64,000 nt of DNA from Candidatus Binataceae bacterium (lineage in GTDB: Bacteria; Desulfobacterota; Binatia; Binatales; Binataceae), in assembly GCA_035524095.1 (NCBI GenBank), contig DATKPK010000189.1:2334-66333 (forward strand). Reading direction: 5' to 3'. Shown here piece by piece: positions 44,183-53,967 of this stretch. Made by a program: the position numbers and the translations under genes. The notes beneath the pieces are model-generated. The model was not told the DNA's origin, ran no database searches, and saw only the letters and a program-made list of their open reading frames with translations. The first letter of the stretch is position 1. Each line of letters starts with the position of its first letter.

Positions 44183-45286
44183 TCAGCGTTCGATCTCGCC
44201 AGAGATGAACTTTTCGACCCGATCGCGCGCGATGTCGTCGGCGATTTGACGGGGCGGATGCTTCATCGTATAGGCGGCAATCGAATACAACGGTCCGCCG
44301 ATCTTGCGGTCACGCGCCAGTTTGAGGCATCGAATCGCATCGATAACGACACCGCCAGAGTTAGGTGAATCCTGTACCGACATACGCAATTCCAGTTCGA
44401 TCGGAATGCCGGCGAAGCCCTCACCCTCGATGCGCAGAAAGCAGACTTTGTTGTCGTTTTGCCATGGGACGTAATCGGAGGGTCCGATATGCACGTCAAT
44501 ATCGGGCATCCGCTCGGGCAAGACGCTTTGCACCGCTTCGGTCTTAGATTTGCGTTTCGATCCGAGGCGCGAGCGATCGAGCATATTTAGAAAGTCAGTG
44601 TTGCCGCCGGTGTTAAGCTGATAAGTGTGGCGCAGCTTGATCCCACGATCGGCGAAGAGCTTCATGATGGTGCGGTGAAGAATGGTCGAGCCGAGCTGTG
44701 ACTTGACGTCATCCCCCACCGCCGGAATACCGCGAGCGGTGAACTCGGCAGCCCATTTCTCGTCCGAGACGATAAAAACCGGCATACAGTTGAGCAGGCT
44801 GACGCCGGTCTCTAGGCAGGCGCGAGCATAGCGCTCGACGGCCTTCTGGCTGCCGACCGGCAGATAGCACAGCATCACCTCGGCGCCACTCTCGCGTAGG
44901 CGACGCTCGATGTCGACGGGCTTGTCCTTTGCCGCGATAAAGGTGCGTTCTGGTGGGTAAGAGGCCATGTGGGGCGCGATACCGTCATGGACTTCGCCCA
45001 TATCGACGGTGACGCCATAGTCGGGCAGGTCGCGATAGATCGTGTGGGTGTTGTTGGGAAACGCGAAGCAGGCGTCTTCCACCGGCCGGCCCACCTTGCG
45101 AGCGTCGATATCGAAGGCGCAAGCGACTTCGATATCGTTAGGCAGATAGCCGCCAAGGTTATAATGCATTAGCCCGACCGGCTTTTGCTGATGGTCGACC
45201 GGTGCGCGCTTATAGAATTCAAGACCCTGGAGAATTGAGGAAGCGCAATTCCCTACCCCGACTATTGCAACCCGGATCTTCGACAT
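44183..45286 (-). CDS. inositol-3-phosphate synthase (myo-inositol-1-phosphate synthase)
   Basis: MSKIRVAIVGVGNCASSILQGLEFYK Rossmann N-terminus typical of bacterial/archaeal MIPS. ATG at 45286 is preceded by GGGAGGA; the track ORF extension to 45385 is rejected. Confidence 0.85.
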   Translation of the reverse strand: MSKIRVAIVGVGNCASSILQGLEFYKRAPVDHQQKPVGLMHYNLGGYLPNDIEVACAFDIDARKVGRPVEDACFAFPNNTHTIYRDLPDYGVTVDMGEVHDGIAPHMASYPPERTFIAAKDKPVDIERRLRESGAEVMLCYLPVGSQKAVERYARACLETGVSLLNCMPVFIVSDEKWAAEFTARGIPAVGDDVKSQLGSTILHRTIMKLFADRGIKLRHTYQLNTGGNTDFLNMLDRSRLGSKRKSKTEAVQSVLPERMPDIDVHIGPSDYVPWQNDNKVCFLRIEGEGFAGIPIELELRMSVQDSPNSGGVVIDAIRCLKLARDRKIGGPLYSIAAYTMKHPPRQIADDIARDRVEKFISGEIER

Positions 45287-45553
45287 GGTCCTCCCGATTT
45301 CAAGCGCAGCGGCTTGCCGATTTGCCTGCGCACGGCCGCCAAGCTCGGCCTTGTCCGTGAGCCTCTTTCCCGATTGCGGCGCCAACCATAGCCTGCTTAA
45401 TTCAGCCGGATAAAGATCACTCGGACGCTAAGCTTTTATAGGAGCGGGGGGCGGAAGTAAATTAGACACCGAGTCGTAAACCCCGGTTAATCTTGCCTGA
45501 GGCCGGATATTAGGCCTGCTTCAATGACTTATCCACAGGCGCCGTCTAGGGGC

Positions 45554-46630
45554 TCACATATGTTCGATCACTTCGCGCGAGAAATCGTCGACGTATTCCT
45601 CGAAGCCATCTAGCGGTGGATTGAGGAAGACACCGCTCAAACCTGCCCGTTTGAGAGAGCGCAGGCGTTCGAGTACCTCCTCGCGTGGCGCGACCAGGGT
45701 GGTTGCAGCGATCGTCGCAGCGTTGACGAAGCGCTTCTCGCGTTCAGGGACAAAGGTGCAATGGCCATTATGGAGTTCGAGATAGCGCTCCTCAGGCGGT
45801 CCAGGAAGTTTCGCTATATATTCGGCGTAGGCGTCATAAACCTGGCGGGCGGCTGGAGGTAATGAGCGCGGTTTCGCATAACCGGCAGCGATGGCATGGA
45901 GGCAGGTGATCACCCACGGTCCGACCATTTGGACCACGCGCGGCGAATCGATTTTCTCGCCGGGCTTCAGCACGCAGATATGGCTCAGCGAAATGCAAGG
46001 CAATTTATTCGTGGGGGTACGTCCGGCCATCCGCGCGCCCTCCTCGGCATGGCGGAAAACTGCGGCGAGCCGTTCAGGCGTAAACACGCCTGTAGTGATA
46101 ATGCCGTCGCCGAACTCACCGGCGAGTCCTAATGTCTTGGGTCCGTTGGCCGCAACATAGAGCGGGATTGGGTCGTCGAGGTTGATGAAGCGCAGGTCGC
46201 GATGAAGGTAGCGGATTTTACGGGTTAGCCCCTCCGTGCTGTAAAGCGCTTCGCCGCTTTTCAGCAAATCCCGGATGACCCGAGTCTGTTCGCGAAAGTC
46301 TGCGAACTTGACCGGCGGCAGGCCCATTACGCGCCGTCCGGTATGGCCGGTGCCGAAGCCAAGCATCACGCGGCCGGGAGCGATTTCATTGATGGTGGCG
46401 ATAGAATGGACGGTGACGGGTGCTATGCGATTAGACGCGACCGATATACCCGTCGCCACCTGAATCTTGCTGGTGTTGACCGCTCCCAGAGCCATGCAGG
46501 CGTAGACGTCGCCCCAAATCATCTGCGAGTCTGGAAACCATGCGCGTTGGTAGCCACGCGCCTCAAGGCGTTTGGTATCGCTGATTGCGCGCTGCGGCTT
46601 GGTGAAAATGAGCGTACCGAATTCCATCAA
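45554..46630 (-). CDS. LLM-class (luciferase-like) flavin/F420-dependent oxidoreductase
   Basis: 358 aa with TIM-barrel LLM pattern (AWFPDSQMIWGDVYA, MLGFGTGHTGRRVMG). Confidence 0.8.
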   Translation of the reverse strand: MMEFGTLIFTKPQRAISDTKRLEARGYQRAWFPDSQMIWGDVYACMALGAVNTSKIQVATGISVASNRIAPVTVHSIATINEIAPGRVMLGFGTGHTGRRVMGLPPVKFADFREQTRVIRDLLKSGEALYSTEGLTRKIRYLHRDLRFINLDDPIPLYVAANGPKTLGLAGEFGDGIITTGVFTPERLAAVFRHAEEGARMAGRTPTNKLPCISLSHICVLKPGEKIDSPRVVQMVGPWVITCLHAIAAGYAKPRSLPPAARQVYDAYAEYIAKLPGPPEERYLELHNGHCTFVPEREKRFVNAATIAATTLVAPREEVLERLRSLKRAGLSGVFLNPPLDGFEEYVDDFSREVIEHM

Positions 46631-46730
46631 TCACTCCTGAGTAGCGGCCAGCGATCTACTGCGCGAGCTCGCATCTTCGAGGAATGCGATAGCTGTGCGC
46701 GAGACCAGCGTCCCGCGCACTATAGCCGAA

Positions 46731-47675
46731 TCAAACTGGGCGGCGGTAACGTACGGGCTGGGGTTGGGGTGTCCCGCGTGTCGCAGTGACCGGGCGCCGA
46801 TCGGCGTGGCGGGTGCGGCGGTGGGCGCGGGGACGCCGGTGCTCGCCGTCACGCATCAGATGCGTCGCTAGGCGGAGCAATGCAGGAGCAAGCCGGGGCC
46901 GCGGTAGTGATGGGTCAAAAGTGGCCATCCGGCGATCGAACTCGCCGATACCGATTTCGACGAAGCGCCGGAAGCTAATGGCATTGCCGAGCAGCCGCGA
47001 CGGCGCCCAGATCACGAAGTCATTCGCAGGCTCTACGAATGGGCGGCTGAGCGCAATGCGCACGCCGGTACGCATGTGGCCGAATGTACTCAGGCCCAAC
47101 CCGGCGATGCGGCGGACCATAACCAGCGGTTGCTGATGGAAGGGCGCGCGGCGCATCCGCAAGATCGTCCAATTGTGGAAGAAGATGACGTGGCGGGCTT
47201 CCTCAATCATCAGGTCTTCGAAGAGGGCGATTAGCGCGGCGGGCAGATATTGCGCTTGTGCGCCAATGCGGAACAGACCGAACGCAAGTAGCATGTTGTA
47301 AAGCTCACTGAAGCCGTTCCACATGTAACCCCATTCGGGACCGCGGCGGCGCTCGCCACGGAAGCGCTGAACTTTGATACCGTAACGTTGCATCAGGCTC
47401 TCGATCAGGCTGGCGGCCCGGCCTTTTTCATAAGCAAGCAGGGCGAGGGCTTCGCGGAGCGCATGATCGGCTTCGGCCTCCGCCATCCGGCGGGCGCGAT
47501 CGGCGGCAATCTGTTCAGCGCGCAGCGCGTCGTTCCAGAACGGCATCGCGCGGATGCGGCTCGCGCTGACGCGATCGAGCTCAGGCCACTGGACGTCGCT
47601 GACCTCATAGCATTTGAAGCTATTGATGAAATGACGGCAGACTAGATCACGATGTTCGACACTTCCGTAACGCAC
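46731..47675 (-). CDS. hypothetical protein, possibly ferritin-like di-iron
   Basis: 314-aa ORF with GTG start. Helical, with one clear E-x-x-H candidate (MIEEARHVIFFHNW). The Arg/Pro-rich C-terminal ~50 aa look poorly coding, so the true stop or frame is uncertain. Confidence 0.45.
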   Translation of the reverse strand: MRYGSVEHRDLVCRHFINSFKCYEVSDVQWPELDRVSASRIRAMPFWNDALRAEQIAADRARRMAEAEADHALREALALLAYEKGRAASLIESLMQRYGIKVQRFRGERRRGPEWGYMWNGFSELYNMLLAFGLFRIGAQAQYLPAALIALFEDLMIEEARHVIFFHNWTILRMRRAPFHQQPLVMVRRIAGLGLSTFGHMRTGVRIALSRPFVEPANDFVIWAPSRLLGNAISFRRFVEIGIGEFDRRMATFDPSLPRPRLAPALLRLATHLMRDGEHRRPRAHRRTRHADRRPVTATRGTPQPQPVRYRRPV

Positions 47676-47850
47676 TTCCAGCCCCCCACACCCGTATCGA
47701 ATTGCCTCGCCGGTGGACGCGGCCGCCGCCGAGTGGATGGGATTTTTGCGAATAGCCGCGTGATGCGCCAGCCGATTTCTGCGGACACTGAATCAAAGGC
47801 GATACGGTCGATGGCTTGACGTCAGACGTGGCGGATGGCCAGATCGACGC

Positions 47851-49197
47851 GTGGCGGTTAATCCCTCGCGCAATGGCGCGCAGATGCTCACGGCGGGTGA
47901 GGCTGCGGCTGAACTCGGCGTCAAACTAGGGACTCTCTATGCTTACGTAAGCCGGGGTTGGCTCAAGAGCTATCGCCGCAAAGTTGGCCGTCAAGCGCTT
48001 TATCGCCGGTCGGAGGTCGAGGCTCTGCGCGGAGTCGGGACACCGGAGCGCGGTTTGCGGGCCCACAGCCTGCCCGATGCGTCGTCATGGGTTACGATCG
48101 CTCAGCCGCCGACCGATGGGTCGCCGTCGGGCGTAATCGTGGCAGAATCAGCGGTGAGTTCCATAGCGGACGGTGCGCTGGCCTATCGCGGCTATCTGAT
48201 TGAGGAGCTGGTTGGCCGCGCCTCCTTCGAGGAGATTTGCTTGCTGCTGTGGAATGGCGAGCGGCCAGCGCCTGCCGAAGTCGAGCGTTTCAATGCCGAG
48301 ATCGCTGCCATGACACTCCCGCCGGCTGCGGCTGCGGCACTAGCGGCGGTAGGTGAGGACGCATCGGCATTGCCGCGGCTCGAAGTGATGATTACGGCGA
48401 TCGCGGCCGAGGAGCGCAAGCGTCAACAGCGCTCGCGGATTGATCAGGCGCAAGTGATCATTGGCTGTTTGCCCCTGGCGTTCGCGAGTGGCGCTGCGTC
48501 TCAGGTAGAAACTGCCACCCGGATTGGGCGCAACGGCAGACGCCATTATGGCGGAGTTGCCGCGCGAATGCTCGATGCGGTCCAGCGCGGGGATTACGCC
48601 GAAGTTGATCGCGAGGCGCTGGATCAGGTGCTGGTAGCATGCGCGGAGCATGAGCTTAACGCCTCAACATTTGCGGCGCGGGTGGTCGCGAGTACGGGCG
48701 CAGACCTCTACGCATGCGTAGTCGCGGGCCTGTGCTCACTTTCGGGTCCGATACATGGCGGCGCGTGTGATCGGATCGAGGAGATGTTAGCGAGCATCGA
48801 GGCCGGAGTGCGGGTCGAGCGCTGCGTCGCGGCGTTTCAAGAAAAGGAATCGCTGCCGCCTGGCTTTGGTCACGGTATCTATCCAAACGGTGATCCGCGC
48901 GCGGCGCTGCTCAAGAAAGTAGCGGTCGCTACCGCGCGCCGCCGCGGGCGCAGAATCTTCGAGATGGCGGTCAAGATTGAAGAGGCAGTGTGGAAGCGGC
49001 AACGGCTGCGCCCCAACCTCGATTTCTACCTGACCGTGTGTGTGCGTATGCTCGGGCTGCCGCATGGGATGCCTGCAGCGATCTTTGCACTGGGACGCTG
49101 TGCCGGATGGATCGCGCACAGCCTCGAGCAATACGCGGACAATCGCCTGATTCGACCACGGATGCGCTATCGCGGTTCCTCGATTCGCCATTGGTAG
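47851..49197 (+). CDS. citrate synthase-like protein with N-terminal MerR/excisionase-type HTH
   Basis: N-terminal LTAGEAAAELGVKLGTLYAYVSRGWLKSYR. The citrate synthase fold has SGPIHGGACDRIEEM, GFGHGIYPNGDPRA and NLDFYLTV. His, His and Asp are retained; the Arg of the usual GHRVY is Gly. Confidence 0.8.
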   Translation: MAVNPSRNGAQMLTAGEAAAELGVKLGTLYAYVSRGWLKSYRRKVGRQALYRRSEVEALRGVGTPERGLRAHSLPDASSWVTIAQPPTDGSPSGVIVAESAVSSIADGALAYRGYLIEELVGRASFEEICLLLWNGERPAPAEVERFNAEIAAMTLPPAAAAALAAVGEDASALPRLEVMITAIAAEERKRQQRSRIDQAQVIIGCLPLAFASGAASQVETATRIGRNGRRHYGGVAARMLDAVQRGDYAEVDREALDQVLVACAEHELNASTFAARVVASTGADLYACVVAGLCSLSGPIHGGACDRIEEMLASIEAGVRVERCVAAFQEKESLPPGFGHGIYPNGDPRAALLKKVAVATARRRGRRIFEMAVKIEEAVWKRQRLRPNLDFYLTVCVRMLGLPHGMPAAIFALGRCAGWIAHSLEQYADNRLIRPRMRYRGSSIRHW

Positions 49198-49283
49198 GGC
49201 GGAACATGGGAGACCGTGGTAGAGCTGACCGGCGGAGCCAGTCGCCTCGGAGTCAGGCGAGACCACGCCATTGAATCACACGG

Positions 49284-50144
49284 CTAAGCTGGAAGCGCGG
49301 CCTCGTACACCGGATCGCCGGCGATGCGGCTGTGCCACATCACCCGCGGCTCGTTCATGTCCCATGGCGTAGCGCGATGGAGCAAACAGCGGTTGTCCCA
49401 TACCACCGCGTCACCCGGCTTCCAGTCATGGTAATAGATGCGAGGCGGCTGGCACGCTAGCGTCACCAATTCCCCGAGGAATTGCTCGGATTCGGCCTTA
49501 TCCATACCAGGGATGTTGTGGGCATGGCGACCGATCACCAGCGATTTGCGGCCCGTCTCAGGATGAATTTTCACCAATGGCCGCAATGGTACCGGGCCGT
49601 TATGGAAACCGTAGCCATTGTAATCACTGCCCTGTTTCGGCTGATGGCCAAGCTTTGATTGGCTGTAGTACAACGAGTGATACGCGGCGAGTTTGTCCAC
49701 TTTTTCGCGAGTGACCTGATCGAGAGCGTCGTAGGCAGCGCGCATATCGGCCCATCCGGTCTGGCCACCCGAGGCCGGTACAACGTCAGCTCTGAAGACC
49801 GCTCCTTTGGCCTGTACGGGCATGTAGGTACTGTCGCAATGCCAACCCATATTGCCCTTGAGGACTTTCATCATATCGCTGTTGTCGTCCTCAGTGATGA
49901 CTGTGCCGTCGGCTCGGACGTTACTAAGCGCCGCCATCTCGAACTCAAGCGGGCCGAAGCGTTTGGCGAAGGCAATTTGCTCCCCGCGGTTCAGATACTG
50001 GCCCGGGAAGATCAATAAGGCGTAATTCAGCCAGGCCTTGTGGAGATCCGGCCACGTATCATCACCAAGCTCGGCTAGTCTCACTCCAGTTACCACTGCG
50101 CCGAAAGTCGCTCCGAGGGGTTCAATCGCGAGTACGGATCTCAT
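49284..50144 (-). CDS. TauD/TfdA family Fe(II)/2OG dioxygenase
   Basis: WHCDSTY HxD motif and distal LLHRATP. ATG at 50144 with GGAGGG upstream; the track ORF extends to GTG 50159. Confidence 0.85.
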   Translation of the reverse strand: MRSVLAIEPLGATFGAVVTGVRLAELGDDTWPDLHKAWLNYALLIFPGQYLNRGEQIAFAKRFGPLEFEMAALSNVRADGTVITEDDNSDMMKVLKGNMGWHCDSTYMPVQAKGAVFRADVVPASGGQTGWADMRAAYDALDQVTREKVDKLAAYHSLYYSQSKLGHQPKQGSDYNGYGFHNGPVPLRPLVKIHPETGRKSLVIGRHAHNIPGMDKAESEQFLGELVTLACQPPRIYYHDWKPGDAVVWDNRCLLHRATPWDMNEPRVMWHSRIAGDPVYEAALPA

Positions 50145-50350
50145 GGTGCAGCCCTCCACGAATCAATCACATGCGGCTAAAGCTAAACTTATCGAGAGCG
50201 CAGCGATCGCGTCAAATTGGCGTCTGGCCGCCGAGGATGGTGATTCTCGCGTTTGGCCAGTGTTAGCATGATGTCCAGCATCGCATGTCAGGGCCTCTGC
50301 TTTTGACGACAAGGGCGCAACAGTCGTAATAAAGTGGGGGAGGCAGACGA

Positions 50351-51367
50351 ATGAAGGCGATTGCCAAAACACGGCCCGAGCTGGGTATCGAGATTGTTGA
50401 TGTTCCTGTGCCCAAACCGGGTACGGGTGAATTACTGGTAAAAGTCGCTGCATGCGGAATCTGTGGCTCCGATCTGCATATCTATTTGTGGGAACTAGGT
50501 GCCGAACGCGCGGTCGCGCGGATGCCCTCCGTGATCGGGCATGAGCCGGCGGGCGAAGTGGTTGAAGTAGGCGCGGGTGTCAAGGATTTCAAGGTTGGCG
50601 ATCATGTCGCGCTCGATCCGTTTGGACCATGCGGACAATGCTCATCGTGCCTCGCAGGTCGTTTTAACTTTTGCGCGAGTCCGGGACGTCTCGGCGGTGC
50701 GTTCGCCGAATATGCAATCGCGCCGGTGCAGAATTCGTGGAAAGTGCCGAAGACGATGGACCTCGAAGTGGCTGCACTGCTCGAACCCTTCGCGACGGGA
50801 CTGCATGCGGTCGAAGAATCATCGCTGAAGGCTGGCGACAGTGCCGTTATCGAAGGACCGGGACCGATAGGCTTATGCACCGCGATCGCCGCTCGGCAGG
50901 CCGGCTTGACGGATATCATCGTAACGGGTTTGGCGGCGGACCATGAGCGGCTCGCGCTCGCACGGAGTATGGGTTTCAAGACGGTATGCGCATCGGATCG
51001 CGACTGGATCGATCAGGTGCGCTCGATATTGCCGGACGGCGCCGATACGGTTTTCGATGCGGCCGGCTTCCTCGATTCGGTACGTCATTTAGTGAAACGC
51101 GGTGGTGAAGTCGTCGAGCTTGGATGGCCGGCCCGCGATATACCGAATACGGAAATGCGGTCGCTGTTTTTCCACGGCGTGAGAATTATCCCGTCGCGGG
51201 TGCGCGTGCCCGAGACCTGGCGCCGGGCGATTGCGATGGCGGCCGCGGACGCAATCGACTTAATGCCAATGGTGACGCATCGCTTTGATCTTGATCATGG
51301 AATCGAGGCGTTCGAGCTTCTGCGTAACAAGCAGGGTGTGAAGGCTCTGATTATGCCGCAACTCTGA
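50351..51367 (+). CDS. zinc-binding medium-chain alcohol dehydrogenase (threonine/sorbitol dehydrogenase-like)
   Basis: CGICGSDLH, GHEPAGEVVEVG, structural-zinc Cys cluster CGQCSSCLAGRFNFC and GPGPIG NAD fold. Confidence 0.88.
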   Translation: MKAIAKTRPELGIEIVDVPVPKPGTGELLVKVAACGICGSDLHIYLWELGAERAVARMPSVIGHEPAGEVVEVGAGVKDFKVGDHVALDPFGPCGQCSSCLAGRFNFCASPGRLGGAFAEYAIAPVQNSWKVPKTMDLEVAALLEPFATGLHAVEESSLKAGDSAVIEGPGPIGLCTAIAARQAGLTDIIVTGLAADHERLALARSMGFKTVCASDRDWIDQVRSILPDGADTVFDAAGFLDSVRHLVKRGGEVVELGWPARDIPNTEMRSLFFHGVRIIPSRVRVPETWRRAIAMAAADAIDLMPMVTHRFDLDHGIEAFELLRNKQGVKALIMPQL

Positions 51368-51420
51368 TTCGGCCCAGGAAATAGACGCGACCGTACAGAA
51401 GTAATCTATAATTGAGGAGC

Positions 51421-51450
51421 GCCGCCATAGGCGGCTTTCATAAATTTATT
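51421..51450 (+). terminator. possible rho-independent terminator after the ADH gene
   Basis: GCCGCC-ATA-GGCGGC hairpin followed by TTTCATAAATTTATT. Short stem and tight 3-nt loop. Confidence 0.45.
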
Positions 51451-51467
51451 CGTGAGGTGAAAGCGCG

Positions 51468-52586
51468 ATGCGCAACGGATTTAAAATCGTCGATACCGAT
51501 TGCCATATGATGGAGCCGGAGTGGCTATGGGAGCGCTATATCGAAGACAGCTTCAAGGCGCAGGCGCCCAAGGTCGGACGAGCACCTGAATCGAACCGCC
51601 GAACGTTCCTCGTCGAGGGTGAATCGTTCGTGCGGGAGAAGGGCAAGTATCCGATGGCGGCGCCAGCGTTTTTCCGCGCGGTAGCGAAAGCAATGGAACG
51701 CTTCAATCGTGCGAAGGAATCCGGCTACAGTGCGCAGAGCCGCCTGCAAGACATGGACGAATTAGGCGTCGATGTCCAGGTTCTCTATCCCACTGTCGCG
51801 GGGCAAATGCTTGGGCGCCAGTTCCGCGACGAGAAGCTGCTAGCAGCCTGCTGCCGAGCTTATAACGATTGGGCGGCGGATTATACGTCGGCGGCGCCGG
51901 ATCGCCTGAAATGGGCCGGTATCCTCCCGATGCAGAGCGTCGAAGAGGCGGTCAAAGAAGCCCAGCGGGCGGCGACCAAAGGATGTGTCAGTTACTACAT
52001 GAGGCCGAATCCTGTGAGTGGCCGCACGTTGTGGCATGACGACTACCTGCCGCTGTGGAACGAGATAGAGCTTCTGGGCAAGCCTATCTCGACGCATGAC
52101 TCGGCGTCATCGTCGGTGCCGTCATTCGGCGATCGTATGGATACTCACGTCAGTGGGCACATATTGTCGCACCCGTTTGAGGCGATGGCGGCGATGGCGG
52201 GCCTGATCTGGTACGGCATCTTCGAGAAATTCCCCGACCTCAAAGTCGTACACGTCGAGGCCGACGGTGGCTGGGTACCCTACTGGTTGCAGCGGATGGA
52301 GCAACATTGGGATTTCAGTGGCAACTCGGAGCATGAGTACCTGACCAAACGTCCTACTGAGTATTTCAAACACAACATTTGTGTGGCCTTCCGTGGCGAC
52401 GAACCGACAATGAAGGCAGCGGTCGACCTGGTGGGTGATAACAACTTCACCTGGGATACTGATTATCCGCATCCGGATGGGACCTTCCCCTGGGGTATCG
52501 AGGCGATGATCAAGCAGCCGATCGCAGATGAGGCGAAGCGCAAGATTTTCTACGATAACGCAGCGCGCATGTTTAATTTGAATTGA
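51468..52586 (+). CDS. amidohydrolase-2 family protein (ACMSD-like metal-dependent hydrolase/decarboxylase)
   Basis: IVDTDCHMMEP N-terminal metal motif, STHDS, and C-terminal WDTDYPHPDG typical of the family. Confidence 0.8.
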   Translation: MRNGFKIVDTDCHMMEPEWLWERYIEDSFKAQAPKVGRAPESNRRTFLVEGESFVREKGKYPMAAPAFFRAVAKAMERFNRAKESGYSAQSRLQDMDELGVDVQVLYPTVAGQMLGRQFRDEKLLAACCRAYNDWAADYTSAAPDRLKWAGILPMQSVEEAVKEAQRAATKGCVSYYMRPNPVSGRTLWHDDYLPLWNEIELLGKPISTHDSASSSVPSFGDRMDTHVSGHILSHPFEAMAAMAGLIWYGIFEKFPDLKVVHVEADGGWVPYWLQRMEQHWDFSGNSEHEYLTKRPTEYFKHNICVAFRGDEPTMKAAVDLVGDNNFTWDTDYPHPDGTFPWGIEAMIKQPIADEAKRKIFYDNAARMFNLN

Positions 52587-52642
52587 GGGCGAAATCGGCG
52601 GCAGAGCTGACGGTCTGAGCACGCGGCCGGTGAGGCTTAAAC

Positions 52643-53836
52643 ATGGATTTCGAATTTACGCCTGAGCAGGAGGCCTTTCGCGCGGAAGTTCGCGCGTGGC
52701 TGGCTGCGAATCTGCCGCCGGAGTTGTGTATCGACGATCCGATGGATGAGCGGATCGCGCCCAATCGCGAAGTCTTTGAAAAGCGCCGCGAGTGGCAGCA
52801 TAAGCTGGCCGACGCGGGATGGGTCGGGCTGTCGTGGCCGAAGGAATATGGCGGGCGCGAGTCGAGTTTGATGGAACAGGTCATCTTCGACGAGGAATAT
52901 TTCAGGGGGCGCGCACCGATCCTACCTGGATATTCGGGTGTCGGACTGCTGGGGCCGACCCTGATGCAATGGGGAACGCTCGAGCAAAAGCACAAATATC
53001 TGCCGCGAATCCTGCCGGCCGCTGATGTCTGGTGCCAAGGCTATTCGGAGCCGGGCGCGGGGTCGGATCTGGCGAGCTTGCAGACACACGCGGAATTGAA
53101 GGGCGACTATTTCGTTATTAACGGGCAGAAGGTCTGGACCTCGGGCGCGCAATACGCCGATCGGATGTTCTTGCTGGCGCGAACTGATCCCGATGCACCG
53201 AAGCATCGAGGTATCAGCTATCTGATTATTGACGACATGAAATCGCCGGGGGTCGAGGTGCGGCCGCTGGTTGTGATGAATGGGCATCACCACTTCAACG
53301 AAGTCTTTTTCGACAACGTCCAGATTCCGAAGGAGAATATCGTTGGGCCGCTGAACGAAGGTTGGAAAGTCACGATGACGACGCTGGCCTTCGAACGCGG
53401 GATGGCCGGCGGCGGTAGTCATTCCGCGCAAGTTCGGCGGCTCGCGGAAATTGCTCGAGACATCAAGATTGATGGGCGCCCGGCGTGGGATCATGAATGG
53501 GTTCGGCAGGAACTGGCCAATTTTACGATCGAATGCGAGGCAGCAAAGTACACGAGACTGCGTTCATTGACGCGCCGCTTGAAGGGTTTGCCGCCCGGTC
53601 CGGAAGGGTCGACCCTGAAGCTGGTCGGTTCCGAATTAGGCGTGCGGATCGCCCGTTTCGTCAGTGAATTGCTTGGACCGTATGCGATCCTAAACGAGTC
53701 GGCCGAGGCTGTGCCAGACGCGCCGCGATGGTCGAATCGGCTCCTGAGTTCACGCCAATACACGATCGCGGGCGGCACCAGCGAGATTCAGCGTAATATT
53801 CTAGGCGAGCGGCAACTCGGGTTGCCAAAAGGCTAG
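52643..53836 (+). CDS. acyl-CoA dehydrogenase
   Basis: MDFEFTPEQEAFRAEVRAWL, GYSEPGAGSDLASLQT and C-terminal TIAGGTSEIQRNILGERQLGLP. Confidence 0.9.
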   Translation: MDFEFTPEQEAFRAEVRAWLAANLPPELCIDDPMDERIAPNREVFEKRREWQHKLADAGWVGLSWPKEYGGRESSLMEQVIFDEEYFRGRAPILPGYSGVGLLGPTLMQWGTLEQKHKYLPRILPAADVWCQGYSEPGAGSDLASLQTHAELKGDYFVINGQKVWTSGAQYADRMFLLARTDPDAPKHRGISYLIIDDMKSPGVEVRPLVVMNGHHHFNEVFFDNVQIPKENIVGPLNEGWKVTMTTLAFERGMAGGGSHSAQVRRLAEIARDIKIDGRPAWDHEWVRQELANFTIECEAAKYTRLRSLTRRLKGLPPGPEGSTLKLVGSELGVRIARFVSELLGPYAILNESAEAVPDAPRWSNRLLSSRQYTIAGGTSEIQRNILGERQLGLPKG

Positions 53837-53967
53837 CCAGAGATCTGTAGAATGGCTGACTCCTAAAGGCTCACTTATGGCCTTATAGTGACTATTCGAT
53901 GCAGCGAAGTGTAGCCATCGGAAACAACAAGATTGCGAAAAGATCGTCCGCGACGCGATTCGATAGG

